A stretch of 64,000 nt of DNA, from the NCBI GenBank assembly GCA_002722155.1, contig PBKS01000019.1:60687-124686 (forward strand), read 5' to 3'. The stretch is from Chloroflexota bacterium (GTDB taxonomy: Bacteria > Chloroflexota > Dehalococcoidia > Lucifugimonadales > UBA826). The translations under genes and the position numbers were made by a program. Of this stretch, positions 37,517 to 47,810 are shown piece by piece. The notes under the pieces are model-generated. The model saw nothing but the letters and a program-made list of their open reading frames with translations. It did no database searches and was not told the DNA's origin. The first letter of the stretch is position 1, and the number at the start of each line of letters is the position of its first letter.

Positions 37517-39001
37517 TCAATATCCGACAATATTCGGTCTTCTTGTGGTTAGGTGCGCAAGAGATGATAGAAATTGAAGCCCAGCCATTAAAACAAACAC
37601 TGTCTGCATGCCAGATATAAAAGTCAGTAGTACCGGACTTCCTGTAGAGCTAGTCATAACTTCTTCTACATTAGAAGAGAATCCGCTGGAAAGCATTGTT
37701 CCGCTAACGATGGCTGTTGCTATAGCTATGCCTGTTACATTACCCGAGTTTCGAGAAAGATTAACCAGGGCCGAAGTAACGCCATATTTATTACCTTTTG
37801 CGGAAGAGAAGATTGCAGCACTATTGGGAGAAATGAACAGTGATGAACCAGAGCTCATGACTAATATGGAGAATATCACGTACCAAATTGGAGTTTTGTC
37901 AGTCATAAAAGACATCAGTAATAAACCACAACCTGCTAGGAACAAACCAATGGTTGTAAAGAGTTTAGTACCAAATTTATCTGAAAAATTACCACTTAAG
38001 GGACCTAAAATGATTCGGCTTATAGCATTGGGAATTAGCACCAATGAGATTTGGGCCGGAGTCAACCGTAGTGCAGCTTGAAGGTAGAAGGTAATTAAGA
38101 ATCGAAAGGAATGGACACCTAAAAATGAAAGAAAATTGGACCCTACCCCTATGGAAAACCCCCGACTGCTAAATAGTGACAAATCAAGCATAGGTGAGGA
38201 TGATTTTGATTCCCACCATATGAAAGAAAATATTGAACCTATAAAAACAAGGAATCCCACTATTATTGGTGGGGAAGACCAACCAAAGTTGCCTCCATTG
38301 GACAAAGTAAGGAGAAATATTAATAGAGCGGAAGATGACAAAGTTGCCCCGATCCAGTCATACTTCTTGTCTCTTTGGTCCGATCGAGCGAACCGCGATG
38401 AATCCAAAAGAAATAGTATGCCCAAAAATGTCATGGTGCATAGCGGCAGGTTGATCCAGAAAATCCAATGCCAGCTTAGATACGTTACTAAAACACCCCC
38501 TAAAATCGGGCCAATTATACCGCCGGCTCCAATTATGCTGCCGTGAGCTCCGAGGCTTTTTCCTCTTTCTTTTGCTGAGAATGTGGAGGTCACCATCGCC
38601 ATTCCGTTTGCCTGCGTTAAGGCTGCTCCAACTCCCTGTAAAATTCGAAACGGAATCATCAAGAGGATAGGGTAAGAAAATCCATATTTGTGTGCAATCC
38701 ATGGAGAACTACCGGATAATAAAGCCATCAGCCCAAAGAGAGTAATTCCAGAAAGATACATTGGTTTTCTACCAATAATGTCTGATAATCGACCCATTGG
38801 GAGTAACATCGCACTTAATGTTAGGGATTCAGCCAATACAACCCATTGAATTGTTGTCAAGGACACATTAAATTCTCTGGCTATTGTAGGTAGTGCAATA
38901 CTAATACTGCCGACGTGAATAACGTGTGTGATGGACCCCAAACCGATTGCCGCAAAAACAAACCATCTATAGTTTTTAGACGAATAAATTGTTTGCAGCA
39001 T
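37517..39001 (-). CDS. MFS transporter, DHA2 family
   Basis: About 14 TMS. GRLSDIIGRKP motif A and KERGKSLG. I prefer the ATG at 39001 (MLQTIYSSKNYRWFVF...) over the ORF-track start at 39070. Confidence 0.85.
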   Translation of the reverse strand: MLQTIYSSKNYRWFVFAAIGLGSITHVIHVGSISIALPTIAREFNVSLTTIQWVVLAESLTLSAMLLPMGRLSDIIGRKPMYLSGITLFGLMALLSGSSPWIAHKYGFSYPILLMIPFRILQGVGAALTQANGMAMVTSTFSAKERGKSLGAHGSIIGAGGIIGPILGGVLVTYLSWHWIFWINLPLCTMTFLGILFLLDSSRFARSDQRDKKYDWIGATLSSSALLIFLLTLSNGGNFGWSSPPIIVGFLVFIGSIFSFIWWESKSSSPMLDLSLFSSRGFSIGVGSNFLSFLGVHSFRFLITFYLQAALRLTPAQISLVLIPNAISRIILGPLSGNFSDKFGTKLFTTIGLFLAGCGLLLMSFMTDKTPIWYVIFSILVMSSGSSLFISPNSAAIFSSAKGNKYGVTSALVNLSRNSGNVTGIAIATAIVSGTMLSSGFSSNVEEVMTSSTGSPVLLTFISGMQTVFVLMAGLQFLSSLAHLTTRRPNIVGY

Positions 39002-39211
39002 AAGCGATATTTTACTCTTGGTCTCTTTAGTATGTACTTTTGAGTATATACTGCAGCGTGCATGAAACAATAAAGAATAATTATTTCAATTATCTTCATG
39101 CTGGAAACCGGTCGGACTTCGTCGGAATGCCAATTGATCAGTTTGTAACTTTTAACGTCAATCATGTATGTATACCTGTGTAAACGGATATGCAATTGGG
39201 GTGACTTGAGT

Positions 39212-39751
39212 ATGGTGGATTTCACGGTTGAACAATTCATTTCCTGTATAGAAAAAGGTGAAGACATAACAGGACTTAATTTGTCAGACTTGGACTTGTC
39301 GAATTTATCCTTAAGAAAATTGAATTTAAGAGGGGCTAATCTAACTCGGTGCAGGCTTTCGAACACTGATCTCAGTGGGACAGATTTAACCAGGGCCAAT
39401 TTGACTGAAGCTACTCTGAGTAAAGCAAAACTCTGCGGAACTATTTTAGTTAGAGCAAATTTATCGAGAGCTAATGCAAGGAAAGCAGATTTAAGATCCG
39501 CTAATTTTGAAAGTGCGAATTTAAGCGGGGCAGCCTCCAATTCTGGCCAAAGCACCGCTAGAGTAATAGGTGCTGACCTTCATATGGTGAACGCTCAAAA
39601 CACGAATTTCCACAATGCGAATCTTGTTAGAGTTAACTTCAATTCCTCCAATCTGATTGGCGCCAATTTTAGAGGCGCCAACATAACGAGAATGTCTTTG
39701 CAGGGTGCAAAGTATGATGTTGATGCGTTTGATCACTCAATTAGCGTATAA
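39212..39751 (+). CDS. Pentapeptide-repeat protein
   Basis: Long run of A(D/N)LxX repeats (ANLTRCRLSNTDLSGTDLTRANLTEATL...). ATG at 39212 preferred. Confidence 0.85.
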   Translation: MVDFTVEQFISCIEKGEDITGLNLSDLDLSNLSLRKLNLRGANLTRCRLSNTDLSGTDLTRANLTEATLSKAKLCGTILVRANLSRANARKADLRSANFESANLSGAASNSGQSTARVIGADLHMVNAQNTNFHNANLVRVNFNSSNLIGANFRGANITRMSLQGAKYDVDAFDHSISV

Positions 39752-39820
39752 AGCGTTCTTAAGCAGCTGTTAATATTGCAATGTTTAGAAATATGTTCTA
39801 TAGGTGCAGAGGAATTGAAA

Positions 39821-40396
39821 ATGGACCTGACTGATCCTCGATTGGTTATTTTAGGAATAGGTAACCCTGGACCAAAATACCAAGAAACTCGCCACAACGT
39901 TGGATTTTGGGTGATAGATCTTTTAATTGATAATTTGAACCTTGAGTTAAAAAGAAGCCATAAATCTACATTGGCGGTAGAGGGTTTTCTGGCGGACTTT
40001 GGCATAGTTGTTGCTAAACCCAGGACCTATGTTAATTTGAGTGGTGAATCTGCAGCTTATCTAATTTCTCGGTATTCCATTTCATCGGAGAAATTGCTAG
40101 TTGTGTATGATGACATTCACATCAAAGTAGGTAACATTAAATTAAGGGCCAGTGGTAGTGCAGGGGGTCACAATGGTGTGCGGTCTATAATTAATTGTCT
40201 CGGCACACAAGAATTTCCAAGGTTAAGGATTGGTGTTGGGATTCCAGAGGACAGGGAAGATCAGATCGGCCATGTATTAGGGGTACCTCCTAGGGAAGAA
40301 AAAGAAGCTATCTTGCGAAGTGTTGACGATGCAGTTGAATGTATAGAGACTTTGTTACTTGAAAATATCGCTGTTGCTATGAATCGCTTCAATTAA
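39821..40396 (+). CDS. pth: Peptidyl-tRNA hydrolase
   Basis: LVILGIGNPGPKYQETRHNVGF, GGHNGVRSI and RLRIGVG motifs. ATG at 39821 follows GAGGA. Confidence 0.92.
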   Translation: MDLTDPRLVILGIGNPGPKYQETRHNVGFWVIDLLIDNLNLELKRSHKSTLAVEGFLADFGIVVAKPRTYVNLSGESAAYLISRYSISSEKLLVVYDDIHIKVGNIKLRASGSAGGHNGVRSIINCLGTQEFPRLRIGVGIPEDREDQIGHVLGVPPREEKEAILRSVDDAVECIETLLLENIAVAMNRFN

Positions 40397-40420
40397 TAGC
40401 GTTCGTTTAGGTTAAGCTAC

Positions 40421-42280
40421 TTGTCCATGCAAAGTGCAAAAATCTCGTTAGGCTTATTCTTGTTGGTTTTTTTGGCTTTGCCCTGCTTTTCCTGCGATGT
40501 GAATAAATCTGCCTCTTCGTCAGAGGAGGAAACCAGAAATGTAGTGTCAATGACTTCTCCTATTGGAAAATGGATAGATTTTACTGAAAATCCACCAGAT
40601 AGAGATCTAAAAAATCTCGCTATCCAATATGGACTCACTCCAAATAGAAAATCTTCGTTAAATCGATTTAGTGAACAAGGTCACAGTGTGGGAAGGCTAG
40701 ATATGTTTACGGTTATCAATTTGCGAGTTCCAGAATTGTATGAAGTAGAAGCTGAGTTAGTTTATGTAACAGATAGTGCTTATTGGTATGTTGACATCGA
40801 TAAGGGCTTTGATCGAAATTCCTATGAAATGGCTGCCATAAAATGGGAGCAAATAGTTTTGGATCATTTCGCGGAACACCCTGCCATTAAGCTAACCATT
40901 CTAAATACTAGCTTACAAGGCGTTTCAGGGTATTTTAGTGATGTTGATTCATATCCTCATTGGGTTCATATTAATAGTAACGACCGCCCGATGATATACC
41001 TAGATCCCTCGAGAAATAAACCAGGATCGGACGCCTATATGTCTGTTTTGATTCATGAGTTTCATCACTTGATTCACAATATGTTAGATGAAGGAGAAGA
41101 AGCATGGGTTAACGAAGGGTTGGCTGAACTTGATGTAAGAAACTTGGGTTATGAGACACATGTGGAAAAATATTTTTTGAATGAGCCAAACACTCAGTTG
41201 AATTTTTGGCCTAGCGAACCCAAGAAAAGCCTACCGCACTATGGTGCAGCCTCCTTATTTTTTGAATTTGTCAGCGGTAGAATTTCCGACCCTCAATCTT
41301 TGAATGCCTTGATGGAAGAGTCACAAGATGGGCTTTCTGGGGTTGACAGTTGGTTGAGGAACAATGGTACTGATTTTCATGATGAGTTTGGGAAATGGAC
41401 AGTTGCTAATTATTTGGGATTGGAGAGAGGAGAATATTCATACCCATCGAGAGCGATCAAATTGAAATCAGGTATAGACCGTTTAGAGATCGGGGAAAAT
41501 AATTATCTAGTCTCCCAATATGGAACTCGGTACTTCAAGATGAAAGAAATAGAAAAAGATATTGGAATAAAGATTAAGGGAAATAGTCGGGTTGGTCGTT
41601 TCAACACTAAATGTCATACGAAATGTTGGTGGTCTAACAAGGGTGATTCTATAGATTCTTCTCTTACTTTGGACATTGATTTAACAACTCGGGAGAATCC
41701 GGAATTACGATTTGAACTCTGGCATGATATTGAGGAGGGATGGGATTATGGTTACCTATCTGTATCCACCGATCAAGGGGAAACATGGGAGACTCTTGCA
41801 GCTAAGGGAACTACTTCAAAAAACCCAGTAGGTTCCAACTATGGGTATGGTTACACTGGAGAGTCAGACTGGGTTACTAATCATGTCGGTTTAAGTGATT
41901 TTATTGGTAAAGAAATATTGGTTAAATTCCAATATGTTACGGATGCTGCAGTTCATCTTGATGGTATGCTCATTAAAGGGATTAGATTAATCGATATGAA
42001 TGTTGAAATTGCTGACGAATATTTGAAATATAATTCCTCAGGATTTGTCTTGGTCGATGATTTTGTTAAACAAAATTTTTTATTTCAGGTACTGAAAAAA
42101 TTGCCGTCAGGTAAGTATGTAGTTGATAATATTTCCTTGGATGAGTTTAATGAGGCCTTGTACCTTGTAGACAAAGAAGAAAACTTGAAAGAGGTTGCCG
42201 TTGTAGTATCCGGTATGACTGGACTTACTCAGCAGCCTGCGAAATTCACCCTATCGGTTTCAGAAGGTCTTGATAATTAA
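40421..42280 (+). CDS. Secreted gluzincin-type metallopeptidase (HExxH ... NEGxAE) with C-terminal beta-sandwich domain
   Basis: 619 aa. Signal peptide. LIHEFHHLIH followed 15 residues later by WVNEGLAE (M1-like third-ligand motif). C-terminal GYLSVSTDQGETWETL-type domain. Confidence 0.7.
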   Translation: MSMQSAKISLGLFLLVFLALPCFSCDVNKSASSSEEETRNVVSMTSPIGKWIDFTENPPDRDLKNLAIQYGLTPNRKSSLNRFSEQGHSVGRLDMFTVINLRVPELYEVEAELVYVTDSAYWYVDIDKGFDRNSYEMAAIKWEQIVLDHFAEHPAIKLTILNTSLQGVSGYFSDVDSYPHWVHINSNDRPMIYLDPSRNKPGSDAYMSVLIHEFHHLIHNMLDEGEEAWVNEGLAELDVRNLGYETHVEKYFLNEPNTQLNFWPSEPKKSLPHYGAASLFFEFVSGRISDPQSLNALMEESQDGLSGVDSWLRNNGTDFHDEFGKWTVANYLGLERGEYSYPSRAIKLKSGIDRLEIGENNYLVSQYGTRYFKMKEIEKDIGIKIKGNSRVGRFNTKCHTKCWWSNKGDSIDSSLTLDIDLTTRENPELRFELWHDIEEGWDYGYLSVSTDQGETWETLAAKGTTSKNPVGSNYGYGYTGESDWVTNHVGLSDFIGKEILVKFQYVTDAAVHLDGMLIKGIRLIDMNVEIADEYLKYNSSGFVLVDDFVKQNFLFQVLKKLPSGKYVVDNISLDEFNEALYLVDKEENLKEVAVVVSGMTGLTQQPAKFTLSVSEGLDN

Positions 42281-42293
42281 AAGTGATGTCTGA

Positions 42294-43775
42294 TTGATTT
42301 CAGAAAATAACAAATTTACCTTTACTACTCATTATAAGTGGTTCGTGTACCTATCGGTTGCATGCGGGGCATTTCTTACTGTCTCTGATCAGCAAGCAAC
42401 GAATATTGCATTGCCTAAAATCGCCGAAGACCTATCAGCTGATATCCCCACGGTGCAGTGGGTGTATCTCATTTATACCTTGTCTATCAGTGCCTTATTA
42501 TTACCTATGGGACGGTTGTCGGATTTAGTGGGAAGAAAAATTGTTTATTGTGTGGGGCTGTCGATTTTTTCAGTGGGTGCCTTCCTAGGATATATATCGG
42601 GGATATTGCCTGTTTTGTTGGTTGCAAAGGCTGTACAAGGTCTAGGTGGGGCTATGATACAGGCAAATGGTATGGCTTTGATGGTTGACGCATTTCCTAA
42701 TCAGGAAAGGGGTAAAGCACTAGGGTTGTACATGACAATTATAGGTTTAGGAGCTGCCAGTGGACCGATTCTAGGTGGTTTCATAATAGGTGCTTTTGGA
42801 TGGCGATCAATATTTGTGGCTACTATTATCTTAGGAATGATATCGGTGGTACTTTCTCTTAAAATACTGAGAAAGGAAGATCGTTCATCGGATATTAAAA
42901 GGTTATCTTTTGATTGGGTAGGGGCAACGTTATCTGCAGCAGCTTTGGCATTCTTTTTGCTGAGTTTGACCTATTCTTATAGATTGGGCTGGTCTAATCT
43001 GATTGTAATCACTGCATTTTCGTTATCCGCATCATCTTTGGTTGCTTTTATTTGGTGGGAGAGACGATACAAGAACCCACTGGTTGATTTGTCTTTATTT
43101 GCGATACCTGTATTTTCTTTGGGAATGCTAGCAAGATATCTGGCTTTTATGTCAGGATCGTCGGCTGTGTTTCTAATGCCTTTCTATTTGATTCAAATTA
43201 TTGGTTTGAAAGAATCAGATGCTGGATTGGTTATGGCAGCAAGTTCGATTATGATGGCTTTGACGAGTCCGATCAGCGGTAAGATTTCCGATAGAATTGG
43301 TACTAAATGGCCAGCCGTAACTGGATTGGTGTGCTGGGCTTCTGCAATAGCTATTTACACGACACTGTCTGTAGATTCTTCTCCTTGGGTTGTTTTCATA
43401 GGGATGTTTTTACAGGGTTCAGGTAATGGAATATTTGGTTCTCCAAACACTAGTGCTGTAATGAATGTTGTTGAAGCCAATAGATACGGTGTTGTTTCTG
43501 CCCTCCTGAACATGGTGAGGACATCGGGAAATCTAACTGGAGTCGCTATGGGAACAACCTTGGTTGTAATTACTATGTCGTCGATGAGCTACGTTCCGGA
43601 CCTTTCGACGATTGATTCTGTAGGAAACAGTGTCTCCGAGATAGGGATCAAGACAGCTTTCACTGAGGGGATGACCAAAGCATTCCTACTTGGCACTTGC
43701 ATCGTGGGACTTGCCATCTTAATTACAGTGTTTAGGTCTGAAAAAACTCCAGTGAAAAGAAAATTAACAAGATGA
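42294..43775 (+). CDS. MFS transporter, DHA2 family
   Basis: 493 aa, about 14 TMS. GRLSDLVGRK and NQERGKALGL motifs. Third paralog in the window. Confidence 0.85.
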   Translation: MISENNKFTFTTHYKWFVYLSVACGAFLTVSDQQATNIALPKIAEDLSADIPTVQWVYLIYTLSISALLLPMGRLSDLVGRKIVYCVGLSIFSVGAFLGYISGILPVLLVAKAVQGLGGAMIQANGMALMVDAFPNQERGKALGLYMTIIGLGAASGPILGGFIIGAFGWRSIFVATIILGMISVVLSLKILRKEDRSSDIKRLSFDWVGATLSAAALAFFLLSLTYSYRLGWSNLIVITAFSLSASSLVAFIWWERRYKNPLVDLSLFAIPVFSLGMLARYLAFMSGSSAVFLMPFYLIQIIGLKESDAGLVMAASSIMMALTSPISGKISDRIGTKWPAVTGLVCWASAIAIYTTLSVDSSPWVVFIGMFLQGSGNGIFGSPNTSAVMNVVEANRYGVVSALLNMVRTSGNLTGVAMGTTLVVITMSSMSYVPDLSTIDSVGNSVSEIGIKTAFTEGMTKAFLLGTCIVGLAILITVFRSEKTPVKRKLTR

Positions 43776-43856
43776 TTTCAATGCCTGTTATACTTTGGTA
43801 TCGAGATTAAAATTTTGGATTCAATGTAATAAGAAGATTGGAAGTGGGATAGAAAT

Positions 43857-44675
43857 ATGAGTGGAGCAGATTACTCGTTTACGACGTTTTCAAAAAACGA
43901 ATTCTATGCACAATTAAATGCAAGACTGGTGGATATGGCGGAGGTAGGGATGGATAGTAGGGTCGTGGACTTAGCTTGTGGCACAGGTGGTGTGACCAGG
44001 CTCATCCTAGAAAGAATTAATCGCACACGGGATACGGTGGTAATAGCACTTGATCATTCTCAGTCGGCATTGAAGGCCGCAATGGAAGAGCTCCTAGATA
44101 TTTCAGATAATGCGGTTAAATTTGTCCAAAGTGGCGTGGAAAATGTGTCAGAAGCTGTTAAAGACTCTGTCGATACCATAGTTTTTTGTAATGCCATTCA
44201 TTACCTACCTGACAAAGATAAGGTAGTTCGTGACATCGGCGAAGCTTTACGCACGGGTGGAAAATTTGCATTCAACACTTCATTTTATGAAGGTGGTCAG
44301 CACGAAGATTCATCCGCTTTTTACAGTAAATGGATGTTCAAGGCTTTTCGTATTCTTCGAAAAGAATATGGCTTAAAACCTGATAGGGCGGTAAAGGTGG
44401 AATCGAGGAGACAATTAACTCCGGGCGAGTATAGTGATTTACTGGAACGAAATGGTCTAACCATACTCAAGCAAAAGGTAGATACAGTACAAGTTCCTAT
44501 AGAAGGGTGGTTGGACATAAGTACGTTTTCGGATTTTATTGAAGGCACCATGCCTGGTGTTCCAATGAACGAGGCTAGTGAAGCCCTGCAGGAAGGGATC
44601 AGGCAAACTTACTCAGAGCTAAATGTCACCCATGTTCCAAGGAATTGGCTCGACATTATAGCTGTAAAGCGATAA
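43857..44675 (+). CDS. Class-I SAM-dependent methyltransferase
   Basis: 272 aa. Motif I VVDLACGTGG, with post-I and motif II contexts. Confidence 0.8.
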   Translation: MSGADYSFTTFSKNEFYAQLNARLVDMAEVGMDSRVVDLACGTGGVTRLILERINRTRDTVVIALDHSQSALKAAMEELLDISDNAVKFVQSGVENVSEAVKDSVDTIVFCNAIHYLPDKDKVVRDIGEALRTGGKFAFNTSFYEGGQHEDSSAFYSKWMFKAFRILRKEYGLKPDRAVKVESRRQLTPGEYSDLLERNGLTILKQKVDTVQVPIEGWLDISTFSDFIEGTMPGVPMNEASEALQEGIRQTYSELNVTHVPRNWLDIIAVKR

Positions 44676-44816
44676 TTTTAATAATTAATCCGTGGCGCTA
44701 TACTGAATGATCTTTTAGAAATATACCTCTCTGTGTGCCTACTTACTTATCTATTCACTTAATCTATAATTAATCGTTGTATTATTTTAGGTTTACTCAA
44801 AATAGCGAGAGCATTT

Positions 44817-46019
44817 ATGACTTTATCAAGTGATCTCCCAGACCAATCAGGTAGATTTGGACGGTTTGGCGGCAGATATGTTCCGGAAACATTAATGCCG
44901 GCCATAAATGAGCTTGAAGAATCTTATGCGAAAGTTCAATTGGATGATGAATTTCAGGTGGAACTCTCAGAACTACTAAGAAATTTTGTGGGAAGGCCAA
45001 CAGAACTGTATTTTGCCCCTAACCTGACAAAACGTTTTGGCGGGGCACAAGTTTTTCTTAAACGTGAAGATTTAGCTCACACCGGAGCACATAAAATCAA
45101 CAATGCGTTAGGCCAAGGTCTCCTAGCCAAGAAAATGAAAAAAACTCGAATAATAGCTGAAACAGGGGCTGGGCAACATGGGGTAGCTACCGCTACTGTC
45201 TGTGCCAAACTCGGATTAGATTGTGTCGTTTACATGGGAGAAGAAGACATAAGAAGGCAAGCGTTAAATGTATTCCGAATGAAGTTATTGGGGGCCGAAG
45301 TTATTTCAGTGAATTCAGGAAGTAAAACTCTTAAAGATGCTATTAATGAGGCAATGAGAGATTGGGTGACTAATGTAGATGATTCTTACTATTTGATCGG
45401 AAGTGTAGTAGGTCCTCATCCTTACCCCATGATAGTGCGTGATTTTCAAAGAATAATAGGACAGGAAAGCAGAAAACAAATTTTAGAACAAGTTGGGAGC
45501 TTGCCGGATTATGTAATAGCTTGTGTTGGAGGTGGTAGTAATGCAATGGGGTTGTTCTACGATTTTATTGGTGATGAGAGCGTTAATTTGATAGGAGTGG
45601 AGGCAGGGGGAGATGGTATAGAGTCTGGCAGACATTCTTCCACAATTTCCGCTGGATCAGTAGGTGTTTTGCATGGAAGTATGTCTTATCTCATTCAAAA
45701 TGAAGATGGTCAGATTATCGAGACTCATAGCATTTCGGCGGGATTAGATTACCCCGGAGTTGGCCCAGAGCATAGTTGGTTGAATGATGGTAATAGGGCC
45801 ACATACGTAAGTGTGGATGATGCCCAGGCCCTTGAAGGCTTCAAATTATTATGTGAGACAGAAGGAATAATTCCAGCACTTGAACCTGCACATGCGGTCT
45901 ATCACGTTTCTCAATTAGCGCCCACATTAAGTAAAGATAAGGTTATATTGATGGGTTTGTCTGGTCGTGGTGATAAGGATATGGAAACCGTGGCAACAGA
46001 GATGGACGTTCGGGTTTAG
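44817..46019 (+). CDS. trpB: Tryptophan synthase beta chain (TrpB1 type)
   Basis: 400 aa. [16 protein letters not shown]-lysine context HTGAHKINN, and GGGSNAMG. Confidence 0.95.
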   Translation: MTLSSDLPDQSGRFGRFGGRYVPETLMPAINELEESYAKVQLDDEFQVELSELLRNFVGRPTELYFAPNLTKRFGGAQVFLKREDLAHTGAHKINNALGQGLLAKKMKKTRIIAETGAGQHGVATATVCAKLGLDCVVYMGEEDIRRQALNVFRMKLLGAEVISVNSGSKTLKDAINEAMRDWVTNVDDSYYLIGSVVGPHPYPMIVRDFQRIIGQESRKQILEQVGSLPDYVIACVGGGSNAMGLFYDFIGDESVNLIGVEAGGDGIESGRHSSTISAGSVGVLHGSMSYLIQNEDGQIIETHSISAGLDYPGVGPEHSWLNDGNRATYVSVDDAQALEGFKLLCETEGIIPALEPAHAVYHVSQLAPTLSKDKVILMGLSGRGDKDMETVATEMDVRV

Positions 46020-46026
46020 TTTTGAA

Positions 46027-46425
46027 ATGTCACTAATTGCTTCTGGGGTGGCGCATGGGGTTCTATGGAGAATACCACCGCTAGTTTTGCTAATCTCCTT
46101 TTTATTTCCCTCAATGGGCGTCATGTTGGATCATCATTTTCCAGAGAGAGATCCATACCACTCTCATTTGACCCATGTATCAAAACACACGCATTTAGGT
46201 TTAGTGGAGCATACTCACCCGGAGTCAGATATTCCCTTACCCTCCACCGCGATTTTTGTGACAAAAGATGCAGGAATAGGGTCGACTGGAATCTATATTG
46301 ATTTGTTAAAAACAGAACACCGAGTCCTCAGGGCTCCCCTTGTATTGAGTAAATTGTCGATTTTAAAAATAGTCTTTTATAAAGACATAACTCAGACTGT
46401 TGAGATTCCTCCGCCAATCCTATAG
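46027..46425 (+). CDS. Hypothetical single-pass membrane protein with His-rich segment
   Basis: One predicted TM (PPLVLLISFLFPSMGVML), then DHHFPERDPYHSHLTHVSKHTHLGLVEHTHPESD (10 His in 34 aa). The ATG lies 7 nt after the trpB stop. The start is uncertain (ORF-track 45967 overlaps trpB; GTG 46048 is also possible). Confidence 0.5.
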   Translation: MSLIASGVAHGVLWRIPPLVLLISFLFPSMGVMLDHHFPERDPYHSHLTHVSKHTHLGLVEHTHPESDIPLPSTAIFVTKDAGIGSTGIYIDLLKTEHRVLRAPLVLSKLSILKIVFYKDITQTVEIPPPIL

Positions 46426-46478
46426 TGAGTACTTCTATAAATGTACCTTGCCCTTAATTAGGAAAGTGGAGAAAATAA

Positions 46479-47030
46479 ATGCTCTGGCTCCGTGCCATTA
46501 TTTTGGTATTGTCCTTACTTTTAGGACTATATATTCAATCGGTAACCTTGGTTGAAGCTAATGGTTCAATACGCTCATATGAAAAAGAAATAATTGATAA
46601 GTACATCATAGGTTTAGGTACAGCACCTCCTTCTCCAACGATCGGTGTGACTCATTTTGCTGCCTTTGTGGAAGATAAAGAAACGGGTGTGAAATATATG
46701 GACGCTCGCATAGAGTTCCTCGCTACTTTCTCAGGTCCCATTCAGCAGGAAATAGGTCCCTATCAAATGACTAATAGTCTTATGGACCCAATGTATTACG
46801 AGGTAGACACGGCCCTTGAAAGAGAAGGAATTTGGTTAGTAACATTGTCCATAGCATTAGGGGAAGAAACTCTACCCTCTGCGGTGTTTGAGATTGAAGT
46901 TAAAAAACAAAACCCGATAGTACCTATTTTGACTGTGGGAACTTTGTTATTTTTTCTAGTGATTTTGAGTTTGTCACTGCGTGCTTGGGTGAAAGAATAT
47001 ACACAGAAACGAAAAATCGGGAATGTTTAA
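46479..47030 (+). CDS. Hypothetical exported protein with N-terminal signal/anchor and C-terminal TM helix (FixH/YtkA-like beta-sandwich suspected)
   Basis: 183 aa. GGAG SD. Hydrophobic N-terminus, soluble middle ending GIWLVTLSIALGEETLPSAVFEIEV, and C-terminal TM PILTVGTLLFFLVILSLSL. Confidence 0.65.
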   Translation: MLWLRAIILVLSLLLGLYIQSVTLVEANGSIRSYEKEIIDKYIIGLGTAPPSPTIGVTHFAAFVEDKETGVKYMDARIEFLATFSGPIQQEIGPYQMTNSLMDPMYYEVDTALEREGIWLVTLSIALGEETLPSAVFEIEVKKQNPIVPILTVGTLLFFLVILSLSLRAWVKEYTQKRKIGNV

Positions 47031-47794
47031 TGAAAAATAAATTTATACTATATGTTGCTGTTTTGACTTTATTCTTTGTTTTGTCAACAGCTTGTGGCTC
47101 TTCAGAAAATGATCCATCTCCAGCCAGTACAGAATTTAATATTGTAATCAGTGGCGGGAATTTGGTGGGTGATGTTGACTCCTTAAGGATAAAGAAAAAT
47201 GAGGATGTCACTCTAAATTTTGATTCTGATTCTGAAATCACGGTTCATTTGCATGGATATGATATTGAGAAGACGATTTCAGCTGAACACACTGCTGTCA
47301 TGGAATTTAAGGCAAATGCCACCGGAAGATTTGTGGTGACCACTCATGAAGTAGAATCAGAACATCATGGAGACCGTGCATCGCATTCGGATCATGGGCA
47401 TATGGCTGTTGACAATGAGGCTCACGCAGCTTTATTTGAATCTGAGACCTTAAGTTCAGGAGATACCTATAAATATGAAATACCTACTGATTTTAGGGAG
47501 ATTATCATTCCATATCACGACCACATGAGTCATGATTCTGTCGGTCAGATAGAAGTATCAATTCATCATGGTGGTGATGGAGAAGTATCTGTCTATGTGA
47601 GAGATGGGGAACGCCAGTTCCATCCTGAACATGTGATGGTAAAACCAGGAGCTAGTGTTAAATGGATAATCGAATCAGAAGAGAAGGTCCGATTGACTAG
47701 TGGTTTACCTCCATCAAGTCACGGTGATCATTCAAATCACTCGAGTGAGGGGTCTAGTGAGAAAACCCTAATCACCTTAGAAGTATATCCGTAA
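47030..47794 (+). CDS. Hypothetical His-rich lipoprotein with cupredoxin-like segments
   Basis: TAATG coupling to the upstream gene. Signal ending LSTAC. His clusters: VHLHGYD, HEVESEHHGDRASHSDHGH, PYHDHMSHD, SIHHGG, SSHGDHSNHS. FHPEHVMVKPGASVKWI resembles a cupredoxin strand pattern. Confidence 0.65.
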   Translation: MKNKFILYVAVLTLFFVLSTACGSSENDPSPASTEFNIVISGGNLVGDVDSLRIKKNEDVTLNFDSDSEITVHLHGYDIEKTISAEHTAVMEFKANATGRFVVTTHEVESEHHGDRASHSDHGHMAVDNEAHAALFESETLSSGDTYKYEIPTDFREIIIPYHDHMSHDSVGQIEVSIHHGGDGEVSVYVRDGERQFHPEHVMVKPGASVKWIIESEEKVRLTSGLPPSSHGDHSNHSSEGSSEKTLITLEVYP

Positions 47795-47810
47795 CTCATT
47801 TCGTGAATTT

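Noticed and set aside
38881-39555. 224-aa ORF on the minus strand
   Set aside because: It is antisense to the pentapeptide-repeat gene and overlaps the MFS 5' end. Its repetitive product (ALxKxx...) is the mirror image of the pentapeptide repeat periodicity.
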